The translations under genes and the position numbers were made by a program. From the NCBI RefSeq assembly GCF_044704955.1, contig NC_091984.1:148056001-148120000 (forward strand): a DNA stretch of 64,000 nucleotides, written 5' to 3'. Within the stretch, counting starts at the first letter, position 1. The number at the start of each line of letters is the position of its first letter. Positions 22,219 to 34,622 of the stretch are shown here, in pieces. Below the pieces are notes generated by a model. That model searched no databases and was not told the DNA's origin. It saw only the letters and a program-made list of their open reading frames with translations. This stretch comes from Pristiophorus japonicus (Eukaryota).

Positions 22219-25200
22219 CGTCCACCTCCTCTCGTACCCTTGGCTCGATTCGCTCCTATAAAGACAAAAATTAAAGAAATACCTTTGCTCTGTGGGGCCT
22301 CCCCCTCACAGGTCCTCCTTCAGTTATTCACAAATGTACGTAACTCCTTTTTACAACCACTGCTTCCCTCTCCTTTTATCCCAATGCTTGGGCTTACAGA
22401 GGCTCGGGGGTGGAGATGGAGGAGGTGTCCAGGGCACCCTAGGTCACAGTACCTGACCACTCCACCTTACTGCTCCGTCCCTTACTTCTCCATCCTCATC
22501 ATCCCACAGTATTGGTGGGAGGCTTACACTGATCAAACTCATTATTGTTCGTGGGGCCTTGGCCCGCTTTTTACGTTTCTCTCCGGGGTTGTACAGCTTA
22601 CACTGGTTTATATGGAACCATTTTATATGTTTTGGCAGCTGGATCATGTACACCATAGGGCTTGCCTTGTCTACAATGCTATATGATCCTTTGTACAATG
22701 GTTCAAATGCCCCTATTCTGGCATAATTCCTGACCATTACCTGATCTCCTGCCCTCCATTCCTGTGTAACCCAGAGTTCCAGCAGCAGTTTATTCTGCTG
22801 GTGCTGCCTGCCCATATTGTTAGCTGCTTCCCAATGCAGCCCCTTCAGAGTACCATACAGATCTAACAAACCTGCCCCATGTGATCTCTTTAACCTGCGT
22901 TTCAGTCAGGACTGGTGCTAGGATATGGGTCGGGGTCATCATTAGTCTCCCTGTCATCATCACATGTGGGGAGTGTCCCGTACTCTTAGAGAGACTGGCT
23001 CAGTGGCTCATCAGTATTCGGGGTAGGGTCTCACCCCATTTCTTCGGGGTATCTCCTATTTCCTTCCTAAGCCTCTCTTTTAAGGTCCGGTTTGTCCTCT
23101 ACTGGATCTAACGATTGGGGGTTATACGCCACATGCCATTTCCCCTGTATCCCTAACAGCTTTAGGGTGGCCTGCATTACTGCTCCGGTGAAATGACTCC
23201 CTTGATCTGATTCCACTATCAGGGTCAGTCCCCATTGAGAAAATACTTCTCGCACCAGAACCTTTGCTGTGACTATCGCGGTGGCCGCCCGGCATGGAAA
23301 AGCTTCAACCCATTTTGTAAAGAGATGTATTAACATAAGCAATATTTATTGCCTCTGCCTGAGGTGGGCAGTGACCCAATTAAATCTATCTGTATAGACT
23401 GCCATGGCCCCTCTACCCTCCTCGTGTGTCCCAATGGAGCCTTCCTCGGTGGGGGTCTGGATTGTTTGTGGCACATACCAGACAATTCTGGCAATAATCC
23501 CTGACATCACTTCTAAGCCCGGGCCACCATCCCACGGCTTCTACTTTATTCCACATTGTTTCTGGCCCTGGATGTCCAGCTCCTGGACCCACATGCACCA
23601 GCTGCAAGAATTCTTCCCTGCACTGCCCTGGCACGATCCAACTATCTCCCTTGAACAACATTCCTTGCTTTACTGCTATGTCTGCAGCTCCCAAAGGTCC
23701 CACTGCAGACTTCCCGTCTATTTTGTCCCTAATCGCTGCTCTAAGGTTTGCATCCCGTAGCTGAGCCTGTTTTAAATCAGGCGGCAATGGGACTTCTTTG
23801 GGCCTCTCTCTGCCTGTTACAGCCGTGATCTGTCCACAGTGATATGGGTCCCAAGGTGTCTCTTCTCCTGCCCCTGTTTTAGCCAGTGTGTCTGCTTTCT
23901 CATTCCCTTCCCACTTGGGCTCTGTCTTAGAGTGTGCTTTGACCTTTTGGATGTCGTCACCCTTCTGGTCCGTACCCTTGACGTGCAAAATGACTTTTAA
24001 CAATGGAACCATCACCAACCATTTTCCATCTGAGGACTTAAACCCTCGCCTCGCCAATATGGCTAAATACTCTGTTCAGGAGTTAGAAATGAACATGGAG
24101 TCTGAACATATCGTATAGGGAGTTGGGAATTCGTTCGGGTGTGTGACTACATACGCTACTGCTGCTAGCTCGGTCTGCTGCGTACTTAAAGTGTTGGGGA
24201 TTTTATGGCTTTCTCCATCACTGCCTCTGGATCGTAAATCCCACAGCCTGTCTTTCTCTCTCTGTTTATTACTGAACTAGACCCATCTACATAGACGTCC
24301 CTGCCTGTCAGGTGTTCTCCTGCTCAGAATCCCACATCTACATCCCACACTCCTTCCACTGAACACACATGAGCTGCTCCCGGATAAACCAGGCTCGGGG
24401 CGAGCTTTGGTTCTCCTGACCTCTCGACCTTCAGGTCTAACTGAGTAAGCAACAATGTCCAGCGGGCAATCCTGTTACTGCTCACTGTCCCATCTTTCAT
24501 TCTACCATCCAGTAACACTTGTGTCGTGGTGTGACAGGTCAGTAAAGTTACTGTAGCTAACCCTGTGAGCGACCGAAAATGCTTCACTGCCCAAAATGTT
24601 GCTAACAGATGTCGTTCGCAATTCGAAAAGCTCTTTTCTATTTCGATGAGATCTCGGGAGGCGTAGGCCACTGGTCTCAGCTTGTCGTGTCGCTCCTGGA
24701 ATAACACTGCACTCAAACTGTCCCCAGTCATTGCTACCTCCAGACTAAAATCCTGGTCCCCATTTACTGCTCTCGATGCTGGTGCTGTCTGTAACACCGC
24801 TTTTAACCAAATGAAAGTTTCCTGACAAGTCTCACTCCATTCCCACTCTACTCCTTTCCGAAGAAGCCTCAACAAAGGAGCTGCCACGGTTACATATTCC
24901 TCTATGAATTCCCTGCAGTAACCCTTTTTCCCAGGAAAGACCTTACTCCAGACACGTCCTTAGGAACAGGTAGTTCCTGGACTGACTTTCTCTTAGCTCT
25001 ATCTATGGCCCTTTCTCCTGCCCCAATGGTCAAACCTAGAAACTGCACCTCCTCTTTGCCTATTTGAACTTTCTTGGGACTGACTTTAAAATCTGCTTCT
25101 TTCAACAAATGCAGTAACTCACTGAATAATGGCCCGTGGTCCTCCGCACTTTCGGAGAATAACAACAGGTCGTCCACGTATTGGACCAACCGATCTGGCT

Positions 25201-27929
25201 GACTAAAACCGTTTAATGCCTCGGCCATACTCTGGTGGAAGATCGAGGGACTGTTGTGAAACCCTTGTGGAAGACATGTCCACGTATACTGCTGACCTTT
25301 AAAGGTAAAGGTAGATTTATACTGGTCCTCCCGTCTCAGCGGAATGGACCAAAACCCGTTTGAAATGTCCCGCACGGTGAAAGTTGTTGTGGCCGCAGGG
25401 ATACTCCCGATCAAATCCGCTACCACTGCTACCGTGGGCGCACAGGCTGGAATATTTTTTATTCAGGATTCGGTCATCTACCGTGGCCCTCCATGAGTTA
25501 TCGGGCTTCTTTACTGGCCATAGGGGTTAGTTTACATGTGTGGCTATGGTCCTCAACGCACCTTGATCCACCAGGGAATTTATAGCAGTTTCCAAATCAC
25601 TTTCTGCTTCCCGGGGAAAATTATACTGTTTCTGGGGTCGTGTCATCGAATCCCCATCTATCTTCACCTCTACCCCAGATACTATCCCGCAATCGTGCTT
25701 GTGCATTGCAAACGCATCCATATTCTCCCGTACATACCTTGATACCGGGCCGGAATGTTATCGACTAATCGTTCTCAGTCATAACTCCCTTTCGGCTTCA
25801 TCGTGCAGGTGCTGCCTTTGTCTGTACTGTCCCTGGGAATCACTACGATCTCTCCCATATTATCTGCATCAAATGCCCCCCATAGACAATTGTTTTCCAT
25901 ATCCACTATGGTGTGGTGTGTCAACATGTAGTCGGCCCCGAGAACTCCCGAACCGGGCTGTTCCCACTTCATTAAAATGCCCTCCCATTTCATTATGTTC
26001 GGTCCTAACTCTACGGTTAAGGGTTTCCACACTGCCCCAGCCTGCTCATTACCCGTAAAACCCACCAGTGTAAATGGTACTCCGCTCAACCTCGGGGAAG
26101 TGGTCGGATTCGGTGAGTGGACAACCGTGCTAGAGGCTCCTGTATCTACTAGATCCCTTCCCCTAACTGTTTCCACCTTCACATCCACACATGGCCTGCC
26201 CCACCCATCATATATGAGCAGACACAGGTATTCTGGCTGGGTGCACCGTCACAGAGGGGGTGCCAACACATTGGGTCCCTTTTCTCCCACTGCTGCGTCC
26301 AGCTTTCCTCCACCCGTGCCCATAACCTGCTGTAATGCGGCCACTAAAACCTGCACTGGGTCGTCGGCTACCTTCTTCTGGCCTTTTCCTGCCTCAGCAC
26401 CTCGTACCCTGGCTTCCCTCCTTTAGAGAGCCTACAATCCTTGCTCCAGTCTCCCAACTTCCCACAGTTAAAACACTCACCTTTAGATCGACCCGCATTA
26501 CCTCCCTCTTGTCTCCATTCTTTCTATGGCCGAACCTCTCCTTTTACTTCGTGCACCTTCCCGTTTAGTTTCTCCTCCTCCCCTTGCCTAGACTTAAAGC
26601 TAGAGTTAGTCTTCTCAGCACCCCTGCCTCTGTATTCTGGAGATGGTCTGGGTCAAACCATGCTTCAACCTTTGCTCTGAGCCGTGGCAAACTGTTACCA
26701 TTACGGTTCTCAGCCAATGGTCCCTGGGTTCCCCTATTAAATCTGCCCGTACCAGATTTCCTCCAGCGGCCCTGAAATAAATCGCCCACAGTCTGTCTGC
26801 AAACGTATCGGGCGATTCGTTTACTTGCTGCCTAGTCTGTTCTACCTGCCAGAACGGACTACCCTGACTGTACCCGAGCACTGCCATCATTTGCTCCTTT
26901 AAGCCCTGTGGGGTTCCTGCACCTAACTTGGTGGCTGTCGACAAGCTCTGATAAAGCTTCCCCTCCAGCGAGAGCAGTGTTAGCTTCACTTTCTCCTCCT
27001 CGCTGCAGTTATTGATACCCCCTATCTGCTCTATATTAGTAAAATGAACAGAGACATCTCCTCCTTGCTTTAACTGTACTACACCCGTCAGCATCTCTTG
27101 CAGCTGAAGCGGTGTGTATGGGATCACTAGTCGCTCTGTAATGGTGCCGGACCACCATTTGGTGGGGGTGGGCTGAATTTCTGCTGTCTCAAAGGACACA
27201 TCGGTTTCAGGGGTCCCGGTGCCTCAGGAGCCGGCCGATGCTCGCGATACTCGGGCCCATCGTCTGACTCTTTCCCCTCTGGATCCCAATCTTCCTCACC
27301 TGTTCCGGGTGCCCTGAGACAAACCATCCCTTTGGTCCCGTCTAACTCTGCCGTTAATTGGTGGATCTTTTCCTTACAAGGTCCGTGATCTGCTCTTGCG
27401 TAACCCTGTTTCTGAGCTACCTGATAGGCTATCGACTCTCCTGAGCTGGTCCTCTGCCTCTTTGGCTCTTTCTAAATGCCTTTCACTTTGTTCAATGTGG
27501 GTCTGCTGCTGCTTTTTGCACTCGGTCACCTGGCATTGTAAATACTCAAAGTGATTCCGTGCCGTTTCTTCCTTCCCACCCTGGTCCTGCCTTTCCTTCT
27601 CCAAACTGCCTACCTCGCCCTTTAACCCTTTATTCTCCTTCTCCAGCTTTCCTATCCTTTCTCTTAACAGTTGTGTCTGCTTCTGCAGGCACATGAGCCA
27701 AACCTCCTTCTCTTTTGACCCTTTGTGGTTACTACTGACTGTCCACTCTGCTGTTTGTTCCTGCGGATCCCCAGAGTGCAGCATTTCCCGTGCCCATGGC
27801 CCTGAAATGTTCAATTTATTGCCTATATATCCAGCTACCTTAGCCTCCATGGACTCCCTACGACTGCTCTTACCCGCGGACTCTGCCACGTTTTGCTGCG
27901 GTGAGTCCATTTCCAGTGCCTCTGGCTGA

Positions 27930-28600
27930 GAAATTCTCCCTGACTACCTTGGTGTCCCCTGAGACCACCTCGCAGTGACCTGCGGTTCCTGTTACTCTGG
28001 CTTCTCTCTGTGGCTACCCTAGTCAACCCGAGACTACTTCGGCCTGTCAGAGACTTTCTCTCCTGGTCCCCTAGTCGCCCTTGAGATCACCCTTGGCCTC
28101 CCTGAGACTACCCGTGACAATATTGGCTTTTCTCTGTGACTACCCCAGTCAACCCGAGATTATTCCAGCCTATCCGAGACTGTTTCTCTCCTCAGGCTGC
28201 CCTGGCCGCCCGTGAGATTATCCCTGGCCTCCCTGAGACCCCTGTGCAGACTACCTGCGATTACTTCACCCGGTGGCTGCCCTAGTCAGCCGGAGCTCTT
28301 CGGCTACTCCTGGTCCCCCTTGAGATTCCCTTGGTCTCCCTGAGACCCCTTCGCAGACTACCTGCGGCTTTCTCGGTGGCTACTTTAGTCAACCTGGGAT
28401 TATTCCAGCCTACCCAAGACTGTTCCTTCCTCTGCTGGCTGCCCTAGCCGCCCTTGAGAGTACAATGGTCTCCCTCAGACCACTGAGCAGCTACCTGAGA
28501 CTTCTTTTCTCAGTGGCTACCCTAATCGACGGAGACGACTCAAGCCTATCAGACCCTGTTACTCTCCTGGTCGCCCTAGTCGCCCTGGAGAAGATCCTTT
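27930..28600. repeat. Imperfect ~110-120-bp tandem repeats in the ERV leader
   Basis: Recurring CCTTGAGA..CTCCCTGAGAC..GGCTACCCTAGTCAACCCGAGA motifs, 5-6 copies. Confidence 0.65.
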
Positions 28601-29378
28601 TCGACCACCTTAGCCGACCTTTGACATAACCAAGCCTCCCTCGGGGTTTTTGCTCTGGTATGTGTCCGTGATACGATTCCCAAAGCCGAGGTCCTGCTGC
28701 GGTCACCAATTTCTGTAGGTAGTTTATTTTTCACTCTACTCTGATTCTTCGACCTGGGAACTTGTAGTGGGAAAGGACAACATGTGGCACAACATTTAGG
28801 CTTCACCCAGTGTCAGTTTTATTGTGCACAAAAACCGTCGAAAACTACAGGACTAGACTTCTGAGAGAAATCGACTGAAATCATACAATTGCCCTTCCTG
28901 GCTGTAGCTATTGTAGGTTCGTGGTCATTGGTTCCGTGACCGGTTGGTTCTTCTTCTGGCCGTTCTCTGCAGTGCTGTTACTTCTGTGTACGTTCCGTAC
29001 AACATGTTCCTCCGTCCATTCGTCTGTTCGTGCTTTTGACCTGTGTCCATCTGTACATGTGTCCTTCTACTTCTCCTGTGTGCTTCTTCTTCCGTCTGTT
29101 CCTGTCCTTCTTCCATCTCCTGCTGAGCTGCTTCTAGCTCACATATTTATATCCAGGTTATGACTGATCTCCCGCCACTGCGCTTTCTGATAAAGTGTTT
29201 GCATCAATACATTGTTTTGTGGTTCTCTTGTTTGATTGATTACAATAATGAACTCGTCTGTTTTTCCATTTGCACACTGAGTCTGCAAGGCTCAAGTTGA
29301 TTTCTCATCTTAACACCTCATCCTAAAAAATGTGCAACTGTTGTGGTTCCTTTGTTGTCAGGTCCTTTTACAGATTTG

Positions 29379-32261
29379 GGGCTAGAACCTCCTCTTTTAT
29401 TGCCTGTTTAATGCCCACTTAACACCCATTTTACCACTGAAATGACATATAACGCACAGATATCACCCATTTTGGCAAAAAATGGAAACTGACAGGCTTT
29501 TTTAGGAGACTTGTCGCCGAGCGTTACTTTCCCAATGGGCTTAACGCAGAGAATAAATATTATCGCCCACCTACTTTTTTGGGGCGGAATCAGCAGAATG
29601 GGCAAATTCAGCGCCCATAGTATCACCCAGCGTTACTTTCCTCATGGAATTAATGCCGAGATTCAATATTAACACCCGGCGACTGTTTTTTGTCATGAAC
29701 AGCATATTTACCCAAAGTAATGGCCATGGAGATCACCCACCGTCAATTTCACCACCTCGTACACATATCGCCCACAATATTGCTCGCTCAAAAAACCGCC
29801 CACAAAAAGTGGAACTAACCAGAACGAATCACAGCGTTCTGGACGCCGTGATGTTGATCACATGTCGCGTCCTTTCACCTCGGCGGAGTTCAGATGTACT
29901 CTGCAGGTCGTTGGAGTTGATGTGAACATCTCTGAAGACATCTTGACCACACTGTGACCGATTAGAATTGAAGAGGTGTGCTCGTCGGGACATTCTTTGC
30001 TTGTGTGCAATTGGTGACAGACAGAGAGCTACTGCAATGGGGCCTGTCCTTTCTCACCCTCTCTTGGTGACCAAATATAAGCAGCAGACTCAACATCACT
30101 GAAGGAACGCGACATTGCATTATGTGCCCAATGTACGAAATAACAGTCAGATGAGGAGGACCAGACGTTACACCCCCGCAAGTACAAGGAGAAGCATTCT
30201 TACCTCGACTTGCCCGACACCACCTGCCTTCGGAGACTGCGCTTCCACAAAGAGGTTATCACTGAGGTATGCCAGCTGATAAGGGCAGGCCTACAGCCTA
30301 CCAGCACCATCAGAACTGCACTGTCCGTCGAGGTCAAAGTCACCACGCCACTATCGTTCTATGCCTCGGGTTCTTTTCAGGCCACAGCTGGCGACATTTG
30401 CAGACTTTCTCAGCATGCCACACATTGCTGCATTAGACAGGTCACTGAAGCCCTGTACGCACGCAGGAGGGACTTGATCAGCTTCCCTATGACCAGGGAG
30501 GCACAGAGTGAGAGGGTTCAAGATTTCTCCAGAATTTCAAACGTCCCCAAGGTGCAGGGAGCAATAGACTGTACGCACATCGCGATGTGGGCACCTTTTC
30601 AGGATGCTGAGGTTTTCAGGAACCGCAAGGATTCCACTCCCTGAATGTCCAGCTGGTTATCGACCACCAGCAAATTATACTGGCAGTGAATGCTCAATTT
30701 CTGGGCAGCATCCATGCTGCACACATCCTGCGTGAGAGCATTGTATCTGACTTGTTTAACAATGAGCTACAAGGTCCATACTGGATGCTTGGGGACAAAG
30801 GATATGGCCTCGCCACCTGGCTGATGACCCTCCTGCGTGACACCCACACTGAGGCTGAGAAGTGATACAATGAGAGCCACAGAGCAACTCGCAAAACCAT
30901 TGGAGTGCTGAAGCAGAGCTTTAGATGCCTGGACCACTCAGGTGGTGAGCCTCAATACCACCCTGAGCAGGTAGCTCAATTCATGGTGATGTGCTCCATG
31001 CTGCACAACTTGGCTATCAGGAGGGGACAAGAATTGCCTGATGAGCCTGACAGTCCACCTCACCAGAGAGAGGAAGAGGAGGACGAGGAGGCGGACGCCG
31101 ACATCGGGTCAGACAATCAGGCTGACGCTGAAGCCATGCCCCCGCCCTTCTGTAGACCGCATGAAAGGGCCCATGGTGGCATGATAGCTGCAAGAGCCTT
31201 ACGCCAGGAGCTCATCAATAATCGCTTTGCCTGAAAGAACGTTGGTGTTATTTCCACGGCTGACACACTGCTGTGTGTGCAGGTCATAAATTAATCGTGG
31301 GCATCACCTTGGTGACCGTTAAAAAGTTTACTTTGATTATATCCTTTGATGTTAACGAATCACCAGCGTGTAACGGTACAGCTATCTGAGCCAATGTGCT
31401 GCAAGGTTTTGTTCAATAAAAAACATTTAAACCGAACAATAGTCTGAAATCATCAGTATTTCTGTACAAACCAACCTTTCCCCCACCCACCCCGCTTCTC
31501 CTCCCCAACTCTACCCATTTCCCTTCCCCGCCTGACTCCAAGCCGCCTGACCGTGGAGGTTCTCAGGCGATGCTTCATTGGGAGGTGGGTGGTGATGGAC
31601 AAAGCACTGCTTGGACGGATATGGGAGAGGATGGTCCCAAGGTGGGAATGTGCTTCGAGCCAGAAACGAGATGTTGCTCCTGGCTCTCATGTGTGGTTGG
31701 CAATGGGGTTGCGTCACCTTGGGGTGCAGTGCGGCTCTCCGGGACCACTGGGAGCCCTCTGCCACCAGTGTTCCTGGCTACCAGCTCCAGGGCCTCCTCT
31801 ATCCCTTACATTTTATATGTTATTTGTGGGACAAAAACTTGATGCCAACTATGTTCTTGGTGCTTAGTGCGCTTTTTGCTGCTGGTGAATCTCCCTCGTG
31901 CCTCCCACAACAGCCAAACAAACACACACCACAGCCACACACGCTTTCAGTGCCTCTGAGCTCCCTCTCTCTCTGTCTCCTCTTCTGCGTATGTCATGGT
32001 GACCCTTGACCTCCAGAATCGAGGGAATGGACCATTGCCATGCTGTTGCGAAGGACGGCCACACTTCACAACAGAAGGTCAGAAAAGTTTAACGCTACTG
32101 CCCATTTGATATCACTCGCGGTAACGCACATTTTCAAAGATGTAAACTAAGTGTTTTGAGAATGGGCGAGAAGCCGGCGATCTAAAAACCCTTTTTTACC
32201 ACCCACGCCGGAAATCACGCCCAGTTTTGGGCGCTAAGCTCAAAAGTGGAGGTTCTAGCCC
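29379..32261 (+). mobile_element. PIF/Harbinger DNA transposon
   Basis: 20-bp TIRs GGGCTAGAACCTCC(T/A)CTTTT (19/20 match); 3-bp TSD TTG; transposase inside. Confidence 0.93.
30037..31234 (+). pseudogene. Harbinger (HARBI1-like) DDE transposase, frameshifted
   Basis: FYASGSFQ, VQGAIDCTHIA, LGDKGY, LKQSFRCLDHSGG, LHNLAI motifs across three frames. Confidence 0.9.
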
Positions 32262-32876
32262 TTGGTGTCTCCAGTGAGCTTGTTTTCCCCACCCTGGTCA
32301 ATCAACTTCAGGGCCTCATGTAACAACTCCATTCTTGTTATGCATGGAGTCAGTTTTGGTCCCTGACCACAGAATGTCATTAATTGTCCAGCTTCATTCC
32401 AAAAGCTGGTATTAAGCAATTTTTAGTTCATGATCTCCTTCTGTGCTTTTCTGAAGTTTGGTAACCTTACACACAACACTCATCTATCCACCTTCAAAAC
32501 TGTTCCTCTCCCAACCCCAACACCGCCCCCAACACAACCCCTCTCCACCCCCAACACCCACCTTAAACTGACACACACAGTGGGCAAGACTTATATGGGC
32601 ACATGACCCCCTGCAGGACACATCACCACTGAGGGCTCATGTCCCCTGGCCTCACAATGGAAACCATGGCAACACAGAAACCGCAGCGGTGGACCAATCA
32701 CAGCAAAGTGCTACGGACTGTGCATTTGTGCCTGAGAGAGCAACGAGGAGAGAGCTTCAATCTATTTAACCCTTCGATCCCTGGCTGCCGTCTGAAAACT
32801 AAGCCTGAGTTGGCAGAGGCAGTGACTACATTATTCCTGCTATTATTCTGCGCCCTGCTCATTCATCTCAACCCCT

Positions 32877-34380
32877 GTGTTAATGTTTCTCTGCTCAATG
32901 GTACTGCTCCCCACGGCAAATCCAAGCAGAGAGATTGCTCAGCTGGGTGTGAAACATGGAGAAGCAGAGATGGGCATGGACTGTGTGGGGGCACTAAAGG
33001 ACCCACTGGCTCCGACCAATAATAAAACAGTCGGTAAGGACACGGTGAAAAGGGGGGGATGGGACCAGATGATGGACCTGGGCATGTCCGACAAGGAGGC
33101 TGTCCTGCCGGCCAGAGCAATGGTGAAATACACTGGCCTCAGCCTGCCTGGCATTGTGGAAGGGCAGGCAGCTCCGATCCTTACCGTCCCAGACTGTCAG
33201 CCAATCACCGTGGCTTCCTCCTTCGGAGAGCTGTTCAAATCTCCACGGGTTTCACAGCTGCAGCTCACAGACACGCTGGTGAGCAGATTGTTGGGGTGTT
33301 TGCTCTACACTTGTCCAGTTGCTGTGTGTCACGGGCCTGGGCAACATTACAACTGGAGCCCATTACTGGTCTCATAAAGTGACGGGCACATTGATTAGTC
33401 TGAGCTTTCGACCTCACATACGCAGCATAACTAAGACCATCTATTTCCATCTCCGTAACTTCGCCCGTCACCACCCCTGCCTCAGCTCTTCCGCTGCTGA
33501 AACCCTCATCCATGCCTTTGTTACCTCTGGACTCGACTATTCCAATGCACTCCTGGCTGGCCTCCCACATTCTACCCTTCGTAAACTAGAGGTGATCCTA
33601 AACTCTGCTGCCCGTGTCCTAACTCGCACCAAGTCCCGCTCACCCATCACCTCTGTGCTCACTGACCTACATTGGCTCCCGGTTAAGTAACGCCTCGATT
33701 TCAAATTTCACATCCTTATTTTCGAATCGCTCCATGACCTCGCCCCTCCCTACCTCTGTAATCTCCTCCAGCCCCACAACCCCCTCGAGATGTCTGAGCT
33801 CCTCTAATTGTGCCCCCCTGATTATAATCGCTTAACCATTGGTGGCCATGCCTTCTGTTGCCTGGGTCCCAAGTTCTGGAACTCCCTCCCTAAACCTCTT
33901 CACCTCTCTACCTCTCTTTCCTCCTTCAAGATGCTCCTTAAACTCTATCTCTTTGACTAAGCCCTGCGCTAATTTCTATTTATGCTGCTCAGTTTCAAAT
34001 TTATATCGCATAATACTCCTGTGAAGCACCATGGGACGTTTCACTACGTTAAAGGCGCTCTATAAATACAAGTTGTTGTTGTTGTTGGGAAACACAGAAC
34101 CAGAAGGAGGCGCTGTCGACCCTCTCCAAGAACACAATCCAGTTGAGAGCAGACACCATCCAACTGTTTGTAGACAAAACCCACGCAAGGATTCAACCGC
34201 TCTGCGATGCCGTGTGATAAAGTGCGGGCTGAAGCTCTCAGTGTGCTGGGGAACTTGGCCATGGGGGGAATCGGAGGGTCCAGGTGTTGCTGCACCTGGA
34301 TGGAAACAGTGAGCAGGTCACCAGGTCCTGTCGTTCAACACTGCGCTCCGTATTCCCACGTATTGGATCTGCTCAGTCTT
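32877..34380 (+). pseudogene. Armadillo-repeat, importin-alpha-like pseudogene fragment interrupted by L2
   Basis: LGNITTG, QKEALSTLSKNT..DTIQLFVD and KVRAEALSVLGNLAMGG occur in the order of importin-alpha ARM motifs; frameshifted. Confidence 0.45.
33385..34087 (+). mobile_element. L2 LINE 3' fragment with (TTG)n tail
   Basis: HIRSITKTIYFHLRN..LIHAFVTSGLDYSNALL..LHWLPV; ends TATAAATACAAGTTGTTG. Confidence 0.9.
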
Positions 34381-34622
34381 CCTCAATAACTGAGAATGAT
34401 CCAGGCGAACCCAACAGGGGCTACATGGACTTCCTCAGTAACTGAGAATGATCCAGGGGAACCCAACAGGGGCTACATGGAGTTCCTCAGTAACTGAGAA
34501 TGATCCAGGGGAACCCAACAGGGGCTACATGGACTTCCTCAGTAGCTGAGAATGATCCAGGGGAACCCAACAGGGGCTACATGGACTTCCTCAGTAACTG
34601 AGAATGATCCAGGGGAACCAAC
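34378..34622. repeat. 52-bp minisatellite, ~4.7 copies
   Basis: ACTGAGAATGATCCAGGGGAACCCAACAGGGGCTACATGGACTTCCTCAGTA at 34389, 34441, 34493 and onward. Confidence 0.9.

Larger units (their letters stand above)
20010..32471 (-). mobile_element. Degraded class III-like (loki/spuma/SnRV-related) ERV: LTR-gag-pro-pol-env-LTR
   Basis: gag 26250-27910 (degenerate knuckle CFNCGKLGDWSKDC); LVDTGAS; LPQGFHNSP..YVDD; tether plus RNase H (YVDGS, VKAHS); IN (ESDQGSHF); env remnant; PPT at 20828; TGG PBS at 28708. Clade assignment is inferred from domain layout. Confidence 0.8.
28714..32471 (-). repeat. 5' LTR of the degraded ERV, split by a Harbinger insertion
   Basis: Minus strand TGTAAGG (32471)...CCTACA (28714), then GAAAT-TGGTGACCGCAGCAGG PBS-like site. 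Confidence 0.7.

Noticed and set aside
30037-31234. Host HARBI1 gene or RAG-like transposon
   Set aside because: Frameshifted and enclosed by Harbinger TIRs and TSD; no RAG1/Transib motifs or RSS-like ends.
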